The notes under the pieces are model-generated. The model was given only the letters and a program-made list of their open reading frames with translations, was not told the origin of the DNA and ran no database searches. Shown here piece after piece: positions 25,363 through 34,267 of a DNA stretch of 60,927 nt. The translations under genes and the position numbers were made by a program. The stretch covers positions 1-60,927 of the forward strand of contig JAZDFF010000005.1 in NCBI GenBank assembly GCA_043808095.1. Reading direction: 5' to 3'. Each line of letters opens with the position of its first letter. Position 1 is the stretch's first letter. This DNA comes from Candidatus Omnitrophota bacterium (GTDB lineage: Bacteria; Omnitrophota; Gorgyraeia; JAZDFF01).

Positions 25363-27153
25363 TCAATGAGCCCGCCATTGATTCAGTGGCGGGCGAATTG
25401 AACCCTTGACATCTTTAATGTCAAGGGTTTTTCCTATAACTTTTTCTGCTACCTCTTCTCTTATCCTTGCAATAAATTCTTCTACGGACATAACTCCCTG
25501 ATCCTTCATCCCTCTTTTTCTTACTGAGACAGTTTTATCATTAGCCTCTCTCTGGCCGATGACTAAAATATACGGGGTCTTTTCCTGTTCTGCGTCGAGG
25601 ATCCTGCGGTTTAAGGTTTCGCTACGCCCATCCAGCCGGATCCTGAAATTCTCTGCCTCTAACCTGTTTTTTACCTGGCCCGCATAATCTTTAAACTCGT
25701 CTTTAATCGGTAAAATGGTAACCTGTAAGGGCGCCAACCACAAAGGCAGCGCACCGGCATAGTGTTCAAGCAATGTACCGATAAATCTCTCAAGGCTGCC
25801 TAAGATTACGCGGTGGAGCATTATCGGCTGCACTTTTTTGCCTTTGTCGTCGATGTAGGAGAGGTTAAAGCGGCTGGGGAGTGCAAAATCGCATTGAATC
25901 GTCGCACACTGCCAGAGTCTTTTTAAGGCGTCTTTTAATTTGATATCAATCTTCGGCCCGTAAAACGCGCCTTCGCCGGGATTGACCTTATATTTAAGAC
26001 CCTTCTCTTTTAATGCCTCCGAAAGCGCAGAAGTTGCCCTCTGCCAACTATCGGCATCGCCGATAAATTTTGCCGGCTGGGTGCTTAATTCTATTTCAAG
26101 ATCGCTAAATCCGAACGTCTTCATCACGTCCAGGACAAAATCTATCACTGAGACGATCTCGGCCTTTGCCTGCTGGGTTGTGCAGAAAATGTGGGCATCG
26201 TCCTGGGTAAACCCGCGCACGCGCAAGAGCCCGTGCAAAACCCCGGACTTTTCATAGCGATAAACCGTGCCCAGCTCAAAATAACGGATAGGCAGATCCC
26301 GGTAACTTCGCGTCTTGGACTTATAGATGAGGATGTGGCCCGGGCAGTTCATGGGCTTTAAGACGTATTCCTCGCCTTCAATCTTAAAGATATACATATT
26401 TTCTTTGTAATAATCGTAATGGCCGCTTTCTACCCAGAGCCGGCTGTGCGAGATATGCGGGATCGCGACTAACTCATAACCGCGTTTTAAGTGTTCTTTG
26501 ATTTCGTAATCCTCGATTATCCGTCGTAGCAGCGCGCCTTTGGGATGATAAAACACTAATCCTGCGCCTGCCTCCTGGTGATAGATATCAAAATACCCCA
26601 GTTGCGGACCGAGTTTACGATGGTCGCGCTTCTTGGCCTCCTCGATATTTTTTACGTATTGGTTGAGTTCTTCTTCGGTATTAAAGGCAGTGCCATAGAT
26701 GCGCTGTAACATCGGATTAGTCTCTAGGCCGTGCCAATAGGCGCCGGCAACCGAAAGCAGTTTAAAGGCCTTGATTGCACCGGTTGAGTCGATGTGCGGG
26801 CCGCGGCACAAATCCGTGAATTTATCTGCGGTCTTATAGACCACGACTTTTTCTTCGGGGATCTCATCGATTAATTTTAATTTATAGTCCTCTTTTAATT
26901 TCTTAAACAGGGCCCTGGCCTCGTCTTTACTAAATTCTTGTCGGATAAATTTTTCGTTACGCCCGATAATCTCGCGCATCGTGGCCTCGATCTTGGCCAA
27001 ATCCTCGTCGGCAAACGCCTCTTTTTTATCAAAATCATAATAAAAACCGTCTTCGATATTAGGGCCGATACCGAGTTTGGTATCCGGCCAGAGCTCTTTG
27101 ACGGCCTCTGCCATTACGTGCGCACAAGAATGTCTTAAGGTGTCTATGTCCAT
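25363..27153 (-). CDS. thrS: threonyl-tRNA synthetase (no N-terminal TGS domain)
   Basis: Begins directly with the editing-domain HSCAH motif (residues 8-12). Class II core and anticodon-binding domain are present. 596 aa. Confidence 0.95.
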   Translation of the reverse strand: MDIDTLRHSCAHVMAEAVKELWPDTKLGIGPNIEDGFYYDFDKKEAFADEDLAKIEATMREIIGRNEKFIRQEFSKDEARALFKKLKEDYKLKLIDEIPEEKVVVYKTADKFTDLCRGPHIDSTGAIKAFKLLSVAGAYWHGLETNPMLQRIYGTAFNTEEELNQYVKNIEEAKKRDHRKLGPQLGYFDIYHQEAGAGLVFYHPKGALLRRIIEDYEIKEHLKRGYELVAIPHISHSRLWVESGHYDYYKENMYIFKIEGEEYVLKPMNCPGHILIYKSKTRSYRDLPIRYFELGTVYRYEKSGVLHGLLRVRGFTQDDAHIFCTTQQAKAEIVSVIDFVLDVMKTFGFSDLEIELSTQPAKFIGDADSWQRATSALSEALKEKGLKYKVNPGEGAFYGPKIDIKLKDALKRLWQCATIQCDFALPSRFNLSYIDDKGKKVQPIMLHRVILGSLERFIGTLLEHYAGALPLWLAPLQVTILPIKDEFKDYAGQVKNRLEAENFRIRLDGRSETLNRRILDAEQEKTPYILVIGQREANDKTVSVRKRGMKDQGVMSVEEFIARIREEVAEKVIGKTLDIKDVKGSIRPPLNQWRAH

Positions 27154-27175
27154 GATTAAAGCCTTATTTACACAA

Positions 27176-27292
27176 GTCTTAAGGGATAGCAGGGTTTAGT
27201 ATGGGGTAGTAGGGGTTAGAATGGGAAAATTTTAAGACCCCTCCTATCCCCTGCTTACCCATACTAACCCTTTCTAACCCTTAAACTTTTTA
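27176..27292. repeat. word-hairpin element, GGGGTAGTAGG family (copy 2)
   Basis: See copy 1. Lies between tRNA-Val and the thrS start codon. Confidence 0.9.
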
Positions 27293-27310
27293 TTTTTAAC
27301 TTTTTTAACA

Positions 27311-27385
27311 TGGGCCCAAGAGGATTCGAACCTCTGACCTCCTCCATGTCAAGGAGGCGCGCTAACCAGGCTGCGCTATGAGCCC
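27311..27385 (-). tRNA. tRNA-Val (anticodon GAC)
   Basis: Acceptor GGGCUCA/UGGGCCC, anticodon arm CCUCC-UUGACAU-GGAGG, T-arm AGAGG-UUCGAAU-CCUCU, discriminator A. No CCA encoded. Confidence 0.9.
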
Positions 27386-27402
27386 GTCATTCCGCTTTAA
27401 TG

Positions 27403-28098
27403 TTAATTTTTTTCTGAAAGCTTAAATTTCTTGACGAAGTCCCAATTAAATAATATTAAAATAACGCATATTACAACATAAAAACTGGGCAGCCAATAGC
27501 AATACTGCAAGAAACTAAATTCCTCAATCATTTCTTTATTCAATAGGTATGAATGTTCTAACAAAAAATTGCTAACAAAAACAACGCCAGCTATTGGCAA
27601 TAGATACAAAAGGTCATATGACCTAATAAATTTAGAAACAAACCCAATAATATACCCAATAAAAGGGAATCTCCATTGATGAGCACAGTGTAATTGATAA
27701 GTTAAGTGTTTTTTTGCATCATGGGGAAAAAGTTTTTGTTCAAAATTATCGGCGACTAGAGCAGAAACAACCAGATATCTATGATAATGCTTTTCTAGCA
27801 TCCAAACTAATATATTAATGCTTGCTAATATGGTAGCCGCTACAAATAGGATCGCATATATTTTTGAATTAGCTAATACACTTTGTGTAGCATCTACCGT
27901 TGCATTATTGGGGGTCGGCTCTGCTTGTTTAAAAAAATAATTTAAATAAAAAGCGAGTGATGAGCTACTAAATACAGCATTAAACGTAAAGATGATCTGC
28001 CTAAATACGCCAAGAATCTTATCGAAATGCTCAACAGAGTTTCTAGCTATTTTATAGGTCTCTAATAACTTTTCTTCTCTGTCCATTTTTTCGCTCAA
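27403..28098 (-). CDS. hypothetical polytopic membrane protein (AT-rich, tRNA-flanked)
   Basis: 231-aa ORF (TTG 28098 or ATG 28086). It has a soluble ~30-aa N-terminal helix followed by about 5 hydrophobic helices, and I recognise no family. It is visibly more AT-rich than neighbouring housekeeping genes. Confidence 0.5.
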   Translation of the reverse strand: MSEKMDREEKLLETYKIARNSVEHFDKILGVFRQIIFTFNAVFSSSSLAFYLNYFFKQAEPTPNNATVDATQSVLANSKIYAILFVAATILASINILVWMLEKHYHRYLVVSALVADNFEQKLFPHDAKKHLTYQLHCAHQWRFPFIGYIIGFVSKFIRSYDLLYLLPIAGVVFVSNFLLEHSYLLNKEMIEEFSFLQYCYWLPSFYVVICVILILFNWDFVKKFKLSEKN

Positions 28099-28145
28099 CT
28101 AATACCTGCTCTCTACTCGCTACTCTCTACTTGCTACTTCAAACG

Positions 28146-28228
28146 TGGGCAAGGAGGGAGTCGAACCCTCACGGTCTTGCAACCAATAGATTTTAAGTCT
28201 ATCGTGTATTCCATTCCACCACTTGCCC
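28146..28228 (-). tRNA. tRNA-Leu (anticodon UAA), long variable arm
   Basis: GGGCAAG...CUUGCCC acceptor, anticodon arm AUAGA-CUUAAAA-UCUAU, variable arm GGUUGCAAGACCGU, T-arm GAGGG-UUCGACU-CCCUC. Contiguous, with no intron. Confidence 0.9.
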
Positions 28229-28933
28229 TTTTTCTATTACTGTCTTGCTTTTGGACCATCCTACTCTAGACTCAATACATGCTTTGGCTAAGTCCTTTTT
28301 TCTTAACAAGGCAAAAGAGTTTTTATAATAACATCTCTGCACAATAATCCTTGCGGCCATTTTACCATATTTGACTCTAAATTGGTTTTTGGCTTGGCAA
28401 TAAAGTTTGCCCTTAGTCCCTATAATCTTTTCAATTTTATTCTTGAGCCACATCAAAAACTTTCTTGAACCAGAAGTAATTCTTAGATTCCATTGCTCTC
28501 TTTTATTAGTACGGTGTATCCACCTCTGTATTCCGCCATCGCCATCTATCAAGCCCCTCAGAAAATCTAAAAAATAATCTCCTGGGACCTTAATTCGTCC
28601 AAGAACCAAAGACTTTTTAGGCATCAACCCAATGGATAAAAGAAAGTCATAAAAGTTTTTGTTTGCAATCTGAATACGAAAGGCTTTTTGTCTTTTAACT
28701 CCGTACTTGATACCTATTTTATTTCCCATTCCAATTAAATTCCTAATTTCTTGCATAAATTTGTAGTCACTCGACGTAATATCAATATGTCTTCCATCCG
28801 ACGAAAGGCATCCATCGCTCGTAATCAATCCGACGAGATACCAAAGATTCGAACCAGCAATTTTTAAATCTTTCCTCTTTTGAGGCATTTTAATTACATC
28901 CCCCTCGCGCAGGAGCTGGAAAATTTTGTCCAT
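28199..28933 (-). CDS. double-motif LAGLIDADG homing endonuclease
   Basis: Two LAGLIDADG motifs (LVGLITSDGCL and LRGLIDGDGGI) about 100 aa apart. The last 10 codons and the TAG stop (28199-28201) lie inside tRNA-Leu nt 1-30. Confidence 0.85.
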   Translation of the reverse strand: MDKIFQLLREGDVIKMPQKRKDLKIAGSNLWYLVGLITSDGCLSSDGRHIDITSSDYKFMQEIRNLIGMGNKIGIKYGVKRQKAFRIQIANKNFYDFLLSIGLMPKKSLVLGRIKVPGDYFLDFLRGLIDGDGGIQRWIHRTNKREQWNLRITSGSRKFLMWLKNKIEKIIGTKGKLYCQAKNQFRVKYGKMAARIIVQRCYYKNSFALLRKKDLAKACIESRVGWSKSKTVIEKGQVVEWNTR

Positions 28934-28967
28934 AGGCTCGAGGTGAATTTTGCGCAGTAAAATTCAA

Positions 28968-29019
28968 GGCGACGGTCGGTATCGAACCGACGCATGAAGG
29001 TTTTGTCCTTCGACTCGCC
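28968..29019 (-). other. 52-nt truncated tRNA-like element (acceptor stem plus one internal arm plus T-arm)
   Basis: GGCGAGUCGAAGGACAAAACCUUCAUGCGUCGGUUCGAUACCGACCGUCGCC. It has a 5-bp acceptor GGCGA/UCGCC, a hairpin GAAGG-ACAAAA-CCUUC and a canonical T-arm GUCGG-UUCGAUA-CCGAC. One cloverleaf arm is missing. Confidence 0.4.
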
Positions 29020-29040
29020 ATTAAATTATTACAATTGCTT

Positions 29041-29115
29041 TGGAGGCGGCAAGCGGATTCGAACCGCTGAATAGTGGTTTTGCAGACCACTGCCTTACCA
29101 CTTGGCTATGCCGCC
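29041..29115 (-). tRNA. tRNA-Cys (anticodon GCA), 3' CCA encoded
   Basis: Acceptor GGCGGCA/UGCCGCC, anticodon arm GUGGU-CUGCAAA-ACCAC, T-arm AGCGG-UUCGAAU-CCGCU, U73, CCA. Confidence 0.9.
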
Positions 29116-29119
29116 ATAA

Positions 29120-29230
29120 ATTATTTTGGCTCGCTCAGGATAGCCCAAAAATGCCGAGCGAAGGCCTTCGATTGCACTCAGGCCAAGTCCTGAGCCTGTC
29201 GAAGGACGAAGTCGAGGCACAGACCTCTAC
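29120..29230. repeat. GC-rich REP-like element (FDKLR/VRPELVEG-type family)
   Basis: ggctcgctcaggatagcc...cactcaggccaagtcctgagcctgtcgaaggacgaagtcgagg carries the same ctcagg/cctgag/gtcgaagg words as 7.9 kb and 20.3 kb. Confidence 0.75.
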
Positions 29231-29256
29231 CTTTCCGCTTGGGTACGTCGCCACTA

Positions 29257-29793
29257 TCACGCCAAAATCTTTTTTACTCGGTCTACAATATCTTCTACCT
29301 TTGCCAGGTGTCCGACGCCAATTTTTCCAGAGGCAAGTCTTCCTTTTATCGGTCCGACAAATTTATGTCCCAGGTTCTCTAATTTTTTAATATTTCCCTG
29401 GATAATCTTATTAAGAAACATGTTCTCGTCCATGGCCGGGGCGATTAAAACCGGCGCGGTAGAGGCGCACACTGTAGTGGTCAAAAGATCGTCGCAGATA
29501 CCGCAGGCAATTTGGGAAATAACATTAGCCGTTGCCGGAGCAATCAGGATTAGGTCCGCTTTCCTGGCCAGGGATATATGGTTCGGCTGCCAGTCGGTGG
29601 GGATCTCAAACATATCCTGATAAACCTTATTGCCGGAGAGCGTCTCGAGGGTAAGGGCAGTAATAAAGCGCTCTGCCTCTTTGGTCAAAATCACCGAGAC
29701 CGAGAAGCCTTCGTCTTTTAATTGCCTGATAATATCGCAGGCCTTATACGCGGCAATACTTCCGGTTATACCTAAAACTACCTCTTTTTTCAT
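29257..29793 (-). CDS. coaC: phosphopantothenoylcysteine decarboxylase-type flavoprotein (CoaC domain only)
   Basis: VVLGITGSIAAYKACDIIRQL...APATANVI is typical of the flavoprotein/CoaC half of CoaBC. At 178 aa it has no CoaB half. Confidence 0.8.
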   Translation of the reverse strand: MKKEVVLGITGSIAAYKACDIIRQLKDEGFSVSVILTKEAERFITALTLETLSGNKVYQDMFEIPTDWQPNHISLARKADLILIAPATANVISQIACGICDDLLTTTVCASTAPVLIAPAMDENMFLNKIIQGNIKKLENLGHKFVGPIKGRLASGKIGVGHLAKVEDIVDRVKKILA

Positions 29794-29802
29794 GGTAAAC
29801 CT

Positions 29803-30012
29803 TTATTTGGCCTTTTTAATCCTGACTTTCCCCGCGACAATTTCACGCAGTGCCACTGTGCTCGGTTTTTCCTCCAAGCCTGCCTCGACTAATTTAGGGC
29901 TGCCCTCGGCTATAGCCTGGCCGCGTTTGGCAGCCAAGACTACTAATTTATAGGTACTCTGGTCGGTTTTATCCAAAAGTTTCGCCAATGGAGTATAGGT
30001 TGGCTCTTGCAT
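29803..30012 (-). CDS. rpoZ: DNA-directed RNA polymerase omega subunit
   Basis: 69 aa with YKLVVLAAKRGQAIAEG. Sits in the conserved gmk-rpoZ position. Confidence 0.8.
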   Translation of the reverse strand: MQEPTYTPLAKLLDKTDQSTYKLVVLAAKRGQAIAEGSPKLVEAGLEEKPSTVALREIVAGKVRIKKAK

Positions 30013-30018
30013 ATCCTG

Positions 30019-30609
30019 TTACATCCTCCTTCTCACTATTTCTGACGTAATGATGGCCTCTAATTTTTTTACGGCGGTAGATAATTTATTGTTTATCACC
30101 ACGTAATCATATCCCGGGGCACTTCTCATTTCTTCTTTGGCCAGGCCCAGGCGCTTTTTTATCTCTTCTCTATTTTCGGAAGAACGGTCTTTAAGCCTGC
30201 CGACCAATTCATTGATACTCGGGGGCAGGATAAAAATCGAAACCACCCTGTCTTTTGTAAACATCCTTCTTACGTCTTTTGCCCCGCGCACATCAATACA
30301 GAGAATCGCATCTTTGCCGGATTGTGTTATCTTATCAAACTCGCTCCTGGAGGTACCGTAGAGGTTGCCGACAATGGACTTCGTTTCAACAAATTCGCCG
30401 AGGGCCTCTCTCTTTTTAAATTCCTGCCTGCTGATAAAAAAATAGTCTTTGGCGTCAGCCTCTCTCTTGCGGATAGGCCGGCTGGTAAATGAAACGGCCC
30501 TCTGGATATTCTTGGAGAGCCTGCGATTTGACAATAATTTTTTTACTAATGTGGTCTTGCCCGAACCCGATGGCCCTGAGATAATAAAGATTAGCCCCTG
30601 CCCTGTCAT
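30019..30609 (-). CDS. gmk: guanylate kinase
   Basis: LIFIISGPSGSGKTTL P-loop and RPIRKREADAKDYFFIS. Start trimmed to ATG 30609. Confidence 0.9.
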   Translation of the reverse strand: MTGQGLIFIISGPSGSGKTTLVKKLLSNRRLSKNIQRAVSFTSRPIRKREADAKDYFFISRQEFKKREALGEFVETKSIVGNLYGTSRSEFDKITQSGKDAILCIDVRGAKDVRRMFTKDRVVSIFILPPSINELVGRLKDRSSENREEIKKRLGLAKEEMRSAPGYDYVVINNKLSTAVKKLEAIITSEIVRRRM

Positions 30610-30877
30610 ACCCGCCTTCTGTCTGCTCCCCTTTTTAAACGCCCGAAATGGAATACCCCACGCCTGCGTGCCGAAACGCACTTCGGCGTGCAGGCACGGG
30701 CAGGCCTGTGGTACCTAAATTTACCCTCCTACTTCATAAGCAACTTGCCCATTTAGTGACATCCCCCGAAGCAGCTTTTTCTTCGCATTTATCTATCCCG
30801 ACGGTACCGTTGGGGTGGTCTTCTGCGAAGGGGGATAATATAGACCACAAGCAGGTCTTTTAGCATCTGCATCTATA

Positions 30878-31708
30878 TTATTCTACGTTCTGCATCTGTT
30901 CACGCAGTTTATCCACGCCGGATTTAATTAACACCGCCTTCTGCGAGACCTTGGTATCTAAAAGCTTGGCACCCAGGGTATTTATCTCGCGCTGGATTTC
31001 CTGGCTGATAAAATCCAATTCCTTACCCTGGCAGCCAGATGCCCTTTGCATGCCGGCTTTTATGCTTTTAAGGTGAAACTTTAATCGCGCTAATTCTTCG
31101 GTAACGTCCTGCGATTTTAAAAAAAGGCCGAAGTCTTCGTCGGAAAGCTCAGCTTTTTTAGCTTCGCTAATCTCGCGAAATCTCAGGCCGATAAATTCGA
31201 GGTCGCGTTCCATCTGGGCAGCTATCGAGGATAGCTCTCGGAAGATCTCACGTCCTTCCTGGCGGCGCATGCGGATTAGTTTCTCTAAGGTGGTCTTAAA
31301 CGTCTTTTTTACCAAAGAAATTATTTCACCGACAGGAAAATCCCCGGGCTCTCTTAAGGAAATCACTCCCGACAGGTTTATCAGCTTTTCCGGGCTGAGT
31401 TCGCCCACTAGATGCAGGGCGCTTTTTAGTTTATTAAATGAGGCCTGGTATTTTTTCGCCAGGCTCATATTCAAAACGAATGTCTTGGGCTCTCCGCTCG
31501 GGGCGATATTTAAAATAACGGTGAGCCTGCCCCTTTGAATACGCCTTTTGATCTCTTTTTTAAGCACCGACTCCAGGAAACTATAACCCTCGGGCAAATG
31601 CGCGACCACCTCTAAAAAACGGTGGTTTAAGGATTTGATCTCGATATTAACCCGAGCATGTTTATTTTGGCCGGTTGCCTGCCCGAATCCGGTCATGCTG
31701 TTAATCAT
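30878..31708 (-). CDS. yicC: YicC-family stress-induced protein/endoribonuclease
   Basis: MINSMTGFGQA start, SLNHRFLE, and a C-terminal DUF1732-like EIQREINTLGAK. Start trimmed to ATG 31708 (AGGAG upstream). Confidence 0.85.
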   Translation of the reverse strand: MINSMTGFGQATGQNKHARVNIEIKSLNHRFLEVVAHLPEGYSFLESVLKKEIKRRIQRGRLTVILNIAPSGEPKTFVLNMSLAKKYQASFNKLKSALHLVGELSPEKLINLSGVISLREPGDFPVGEIISLVKKTFKTTLEKLIRMRRQEGREIFRELSSIAAQMERDLEFIGLRFREISEAKKAELSDEDFGLFLKSQDVTEELARLKFHLKSIKAGMQRASGCQGKELDFISQEIQREINTLGAKLLDTKVSQKAVLIKSGVDKLREQMQNVE

Positions 31709-31889
31709 ATCAATGCTCCTCTCAAAAAAATAAAGTCGTGATTCCAGGGATTTTTCCCCTGCCTTCACTTTTAACTACAGCGGGATCCCGCCAGAGCGGG
31801 AAAAATAGATTCCGGTGATTATTCCGCATCTTAATCACTGTAATCTTATCGAAAATCACCGTAATCAATAAATTTTTATTTTAATAAAA

Positions 31890-32393
31890 TTATAACCAGG
31901 CCTTCCTTTTTATCTTGTCCTCGACGATGTCTTTGATGGGATATAAATCCACGATAATATCATCCGGCTTAAACCAAAGCTTAATCTCCCTTTCCGCGTC
32001 TTTCTCGTCGGCAGAGACATGAATCACGTTTTCATAGACGCCTAAGGTGGTAATCCTGCCGTAAGAGCCGCGGATTGTAGTGGGGTCTGCCTCTTCGGGA
32101 TTAGTAGAGCCGGCGAGTTGCCTGACTTTTTTAATCGCATCCTCCCCCCAGTAAATCAGGGCCATGACTTTTTTGCGGTCGTGCAGCTCTCCGCAGATAT
32201 ATCTAATAAGCTCTTCAAAAAAGGGCTTCTCGACAAGATGCCTATAATGTTCTTTTGCCAACTCCTGCGAGACCCGCACAATTTTAGCCGCCACTATTTC
32301 CAATTTTGTCTCAGATAGACGCGTGAGGATATTGCCGGTTAAGGATTTCTTTAATCCGTCCGGCTTTATTAATATTAAGGTTGCATTGTTCAT
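31890..32393 (-). CDS. ndk: nucleoside-diphosphate kinase
   Basis: TLILIKPDG...NVIHVSAD contains the active-site His context. Confidence 0.85.
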   Translation of the reverse strand: MNNATLILIKPDGLKKSLTGNILTRLSETKLEIVAAKIVRVSQELAKEHYRHLVEKPFFEELIRYICGELHDRKKVMALIYWGEDAIKKVRQLAGSTNPEEADPTTIRGSYGRITTLGVYENVIHVSADEKDAEREIKLWFKPDDIIVDLYPIKDIVEDKIKRKAWL

Positions 32394-32395
32394 CT

Positions 32396-32565
32396 AAATT
32401 AATTCCTAATTTTTAATGACAAATGCCGAATAAATGACTAATTCTACAATGTCTAATGCCAAAGGCGCTCTTTATGCTAAATCGTAGTTGGACATTTAGT
32501 AATTTAGGCATTTGAAATTTATTAGTCATCCGGATTTCGTCATTAGTCATTTGGTTTCTGGATGA
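32396..32565. repeat. word-hairpin element, AATGAC/GTCATT (ATTAGTCAT) family
   Basis: aatgacaaatgccgaataaatgactaat...attagtcatccggatttcgtcattagtcattt. Shares attagtcat(tt) words with 52.8 kb and 60.0 kb. Confidence 0.8.
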
Positions 32566-32579
32566 ACTTTCTATTAAGT

Positions 32580-33431
32580 TTACTTCTTTGATTTCAAGAT
32601 ATCCAAAATCCGGTTTAAGTCCTCCAGGGAATAAAATTCGATCTGGATGTGCCCGCGTTTTTTGTACTGGATAATTTTTACCTTGGTGCCTAAGATATGC
32701 TGTAGTTCTTCTCCGGCCGCTTGCGTGTGCAGATCTTTCTTTTTTGGATGCGCAGCTCTTTTTATCGGGGCGAGTTTTCGGGCGAAGTTTTCAATCTCGC
32801 GCACAGACAGCCCTTTTGAAATAATTGCCTCGCACAGCCGCAGTTGTTCCTGTTGATCTTCAATTGCCAATAAGGCCCGGGCATGGCCCATAGAGATCTT
32901 ACCTATTCTGAGATATTCCTGAATCTTTTTAGATAACTTCAATAATCGCAACGTGTTAGATACAACGGCCCGGCTCTTTCCCAGGGCATCTGCCACCTCT
33001 TCCTGGCTAAAGCCAAAGTCATCAATTAGGTATTGATAGCCCTTGGCCTCTTCCATGGGGTTTAAGTCTCTGCGCTGCAAATTCTCGATTAAGGAAAATT
33101 CCAAGGCGGTTTTGTCGTCGGCCTCGCGGATAATTGCCGGGATCTCACTAAGGCCTAAGGCCTTGGCTGCGCGCACCCTTCTTTCCCCGGCAATTAATTC
33201 GTAGCCTGCGCCTTGCGGCCTTAATAAGACCGGTTGCACTACTCCCTTTTCTTTTATCGAGGAAACCAGTTCTGCCAGGGCCTCAGAGCTAAAGTCCTCC
33301 CGGGCCTGGTGTTTACCAGACTGGATATCATTAATCTTAATGCTCACTATTTTATCGTGGGGCTTTTCCTTATCCCACATCTTTTCAGGGATTAAAGCGC
33401 CCAGTCCTTTTCCTAACGCTCTGCGGTCCAT
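32580..33431 (-). CDS. parB: chromosome partitioning protein ParB
   Basis: GLGALI..., the LIAGERRVRAAK ParB box, and an HTH (SQEEVADALGKSRAVVSNTLRLL). Confidence 0.9.
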   Translation of the reverse strand: MDRRALGKGLGALIPEKMWDKEKPHDKIVSIKINDIQSGKHQAREDFSSEALAELVSSIKEKGVVQPVLLRPQGAGYELIAGERRVRAAKALGLSEIPAIIREADDKTALEFSLIENLQRRDLNPMEEAKGYQYLIDDFGFSQEEVADALGKSRAVVSNTLRLLKLSKKIQEYLRIGKISMGHARALLAIEDQQEQLRLCEAIISKGLSVREIENFARKLAPIKRAAHPKKKDLHTQAAGEELQHILGTKVKIIQYKKRGHIQIEFYSLEDLNRILDILKSKK

Positions 33432-33435
33432 AAGG

Positions 33436-34260
33436 TTATGTCTCCTTGTCTATAGTTTCGCTTGCTTCTAATTCGCCTTGATTTTCTGGACTAATATTAA
33501 TTTCCATGCCCAATATCTCGTTAGAGAGATCTAGGTATCTTTTTGCACCCAGGGAGTTCTGGTCATACAGGGCAATGGGCTTGCCAAATCCCGGGGCCTC
33601 TCCTAAGCGGATACTGCGCGGGATAATGGTCTGATAAACTTTCTCTTTAAAGAAATTGCGCGTCTCCTGTACCACCTCCCGGGTCAGGTTGGTACGAAAA
33701 TCCGCCATGGTCAGGACCACGCCTTCAATCTTTAATTCCGGCCTCAAGGTTCCCCTTACCCTTTCAATGGTCTGAAATAACTGGCTTAGGCCTTCCAGGG
33801 CATAATATTCGCACTGGACCGGGATTAAGACCGAATCTGCTGCGCATAAGGCATTTATGGTCAAAAATCCCAAGGAAGGCGGACAATCAATAAGAATAAA
33901 CTCGAAGCTGTCTTTAATCTCTTTGATCGCCTCTTGCAGTATAAATTCCCGGTTTTCAGCCTGGCTAAGCTCAATCTCTGCGCCGATTAAATCTATGTTG
34001 GAGGGAATCAAGCTGAGGTTGGGGACACTGGTATTGATGATTAACTGGCTTGCTGGCATCTGATTAATCAGTGTCTGATAAATGGTGTCTGACAACGTAT
34101 TTTTATCAATACCTAAGCCACTCGTGGCATTGCCTTGCGGATCCATATCAATCAGCAAGGTCTTTTTCTGGGCCATGGCAAAGTAAGCAGAGATATTAAT
34201 TGCGGAAGTGGTTTTACCAGTACCGCCTTTTTGGTTACAAATGGCTATAGTCTTGCTCAT
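33436..34260 (-). CDS. parA: chromosome partitioning ATPase ParA/Soj
   Basis: IAICNQKGGTGKTT deviant Walker A. Start trimmed to ATG 34260. Confidence 0.9.
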   Translation of the reverse strand: MSKTIAICNQKGGTGKTTSAINISAYFAMAQKKTLLIDMDPQGNATSGLGIDKNTLSDTIYQTLINQMPASQLIINTSVPNLSLIPSNIDLIGAEIELSQAENREFILQEAIKEIKDSFEFILIDCPPSLGFLTINALCAADSVLIPVQCEYYALEGLSQLFQTIERVRGTLRPELKIEGVVLTMADFRTNLTREVVQETRNFFKEKVYQTIIPRSIRLGEAPGFGKPIALYDQNSLGAKRYLDLSNEILGMEINISPENQGELEASETIDKET

Positions 34261-34267
34261 CTTATTT

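Noticed and set aside
27154-27310. A thrS translational operator (tRNA-Thr anticodon-arm mimic) or T-box in the thrS leader.
   Set aside because: The leader is occupied by a member of a repeat family also found upstream of trkA. I saw no tRNA-Thr-like anticodon loop (xUGGUxx/CGU) and no T-box sequence.
28146-29040. A group I intron in tRNA-Leu(UAA) carrying the LAGLIDADG ORF, as in the classic cyanobacterial/plastid arrangement.
   Set aside because: The 83-nt tRNA-Leu is contiguous with an intact anticodon loop. The ORF lies upstream of the tRNA and overlaps its 5' end rather than sitting inside the anticodon loop. I could not see P/Q/R/S-like core elements by eye.
28890-29390. ORFs 28890-29090 and 29040-29390.
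   Set aside because: They run through tRNA-Cys, the tRNA-like element and a REP-like repeat, and show no coding features.
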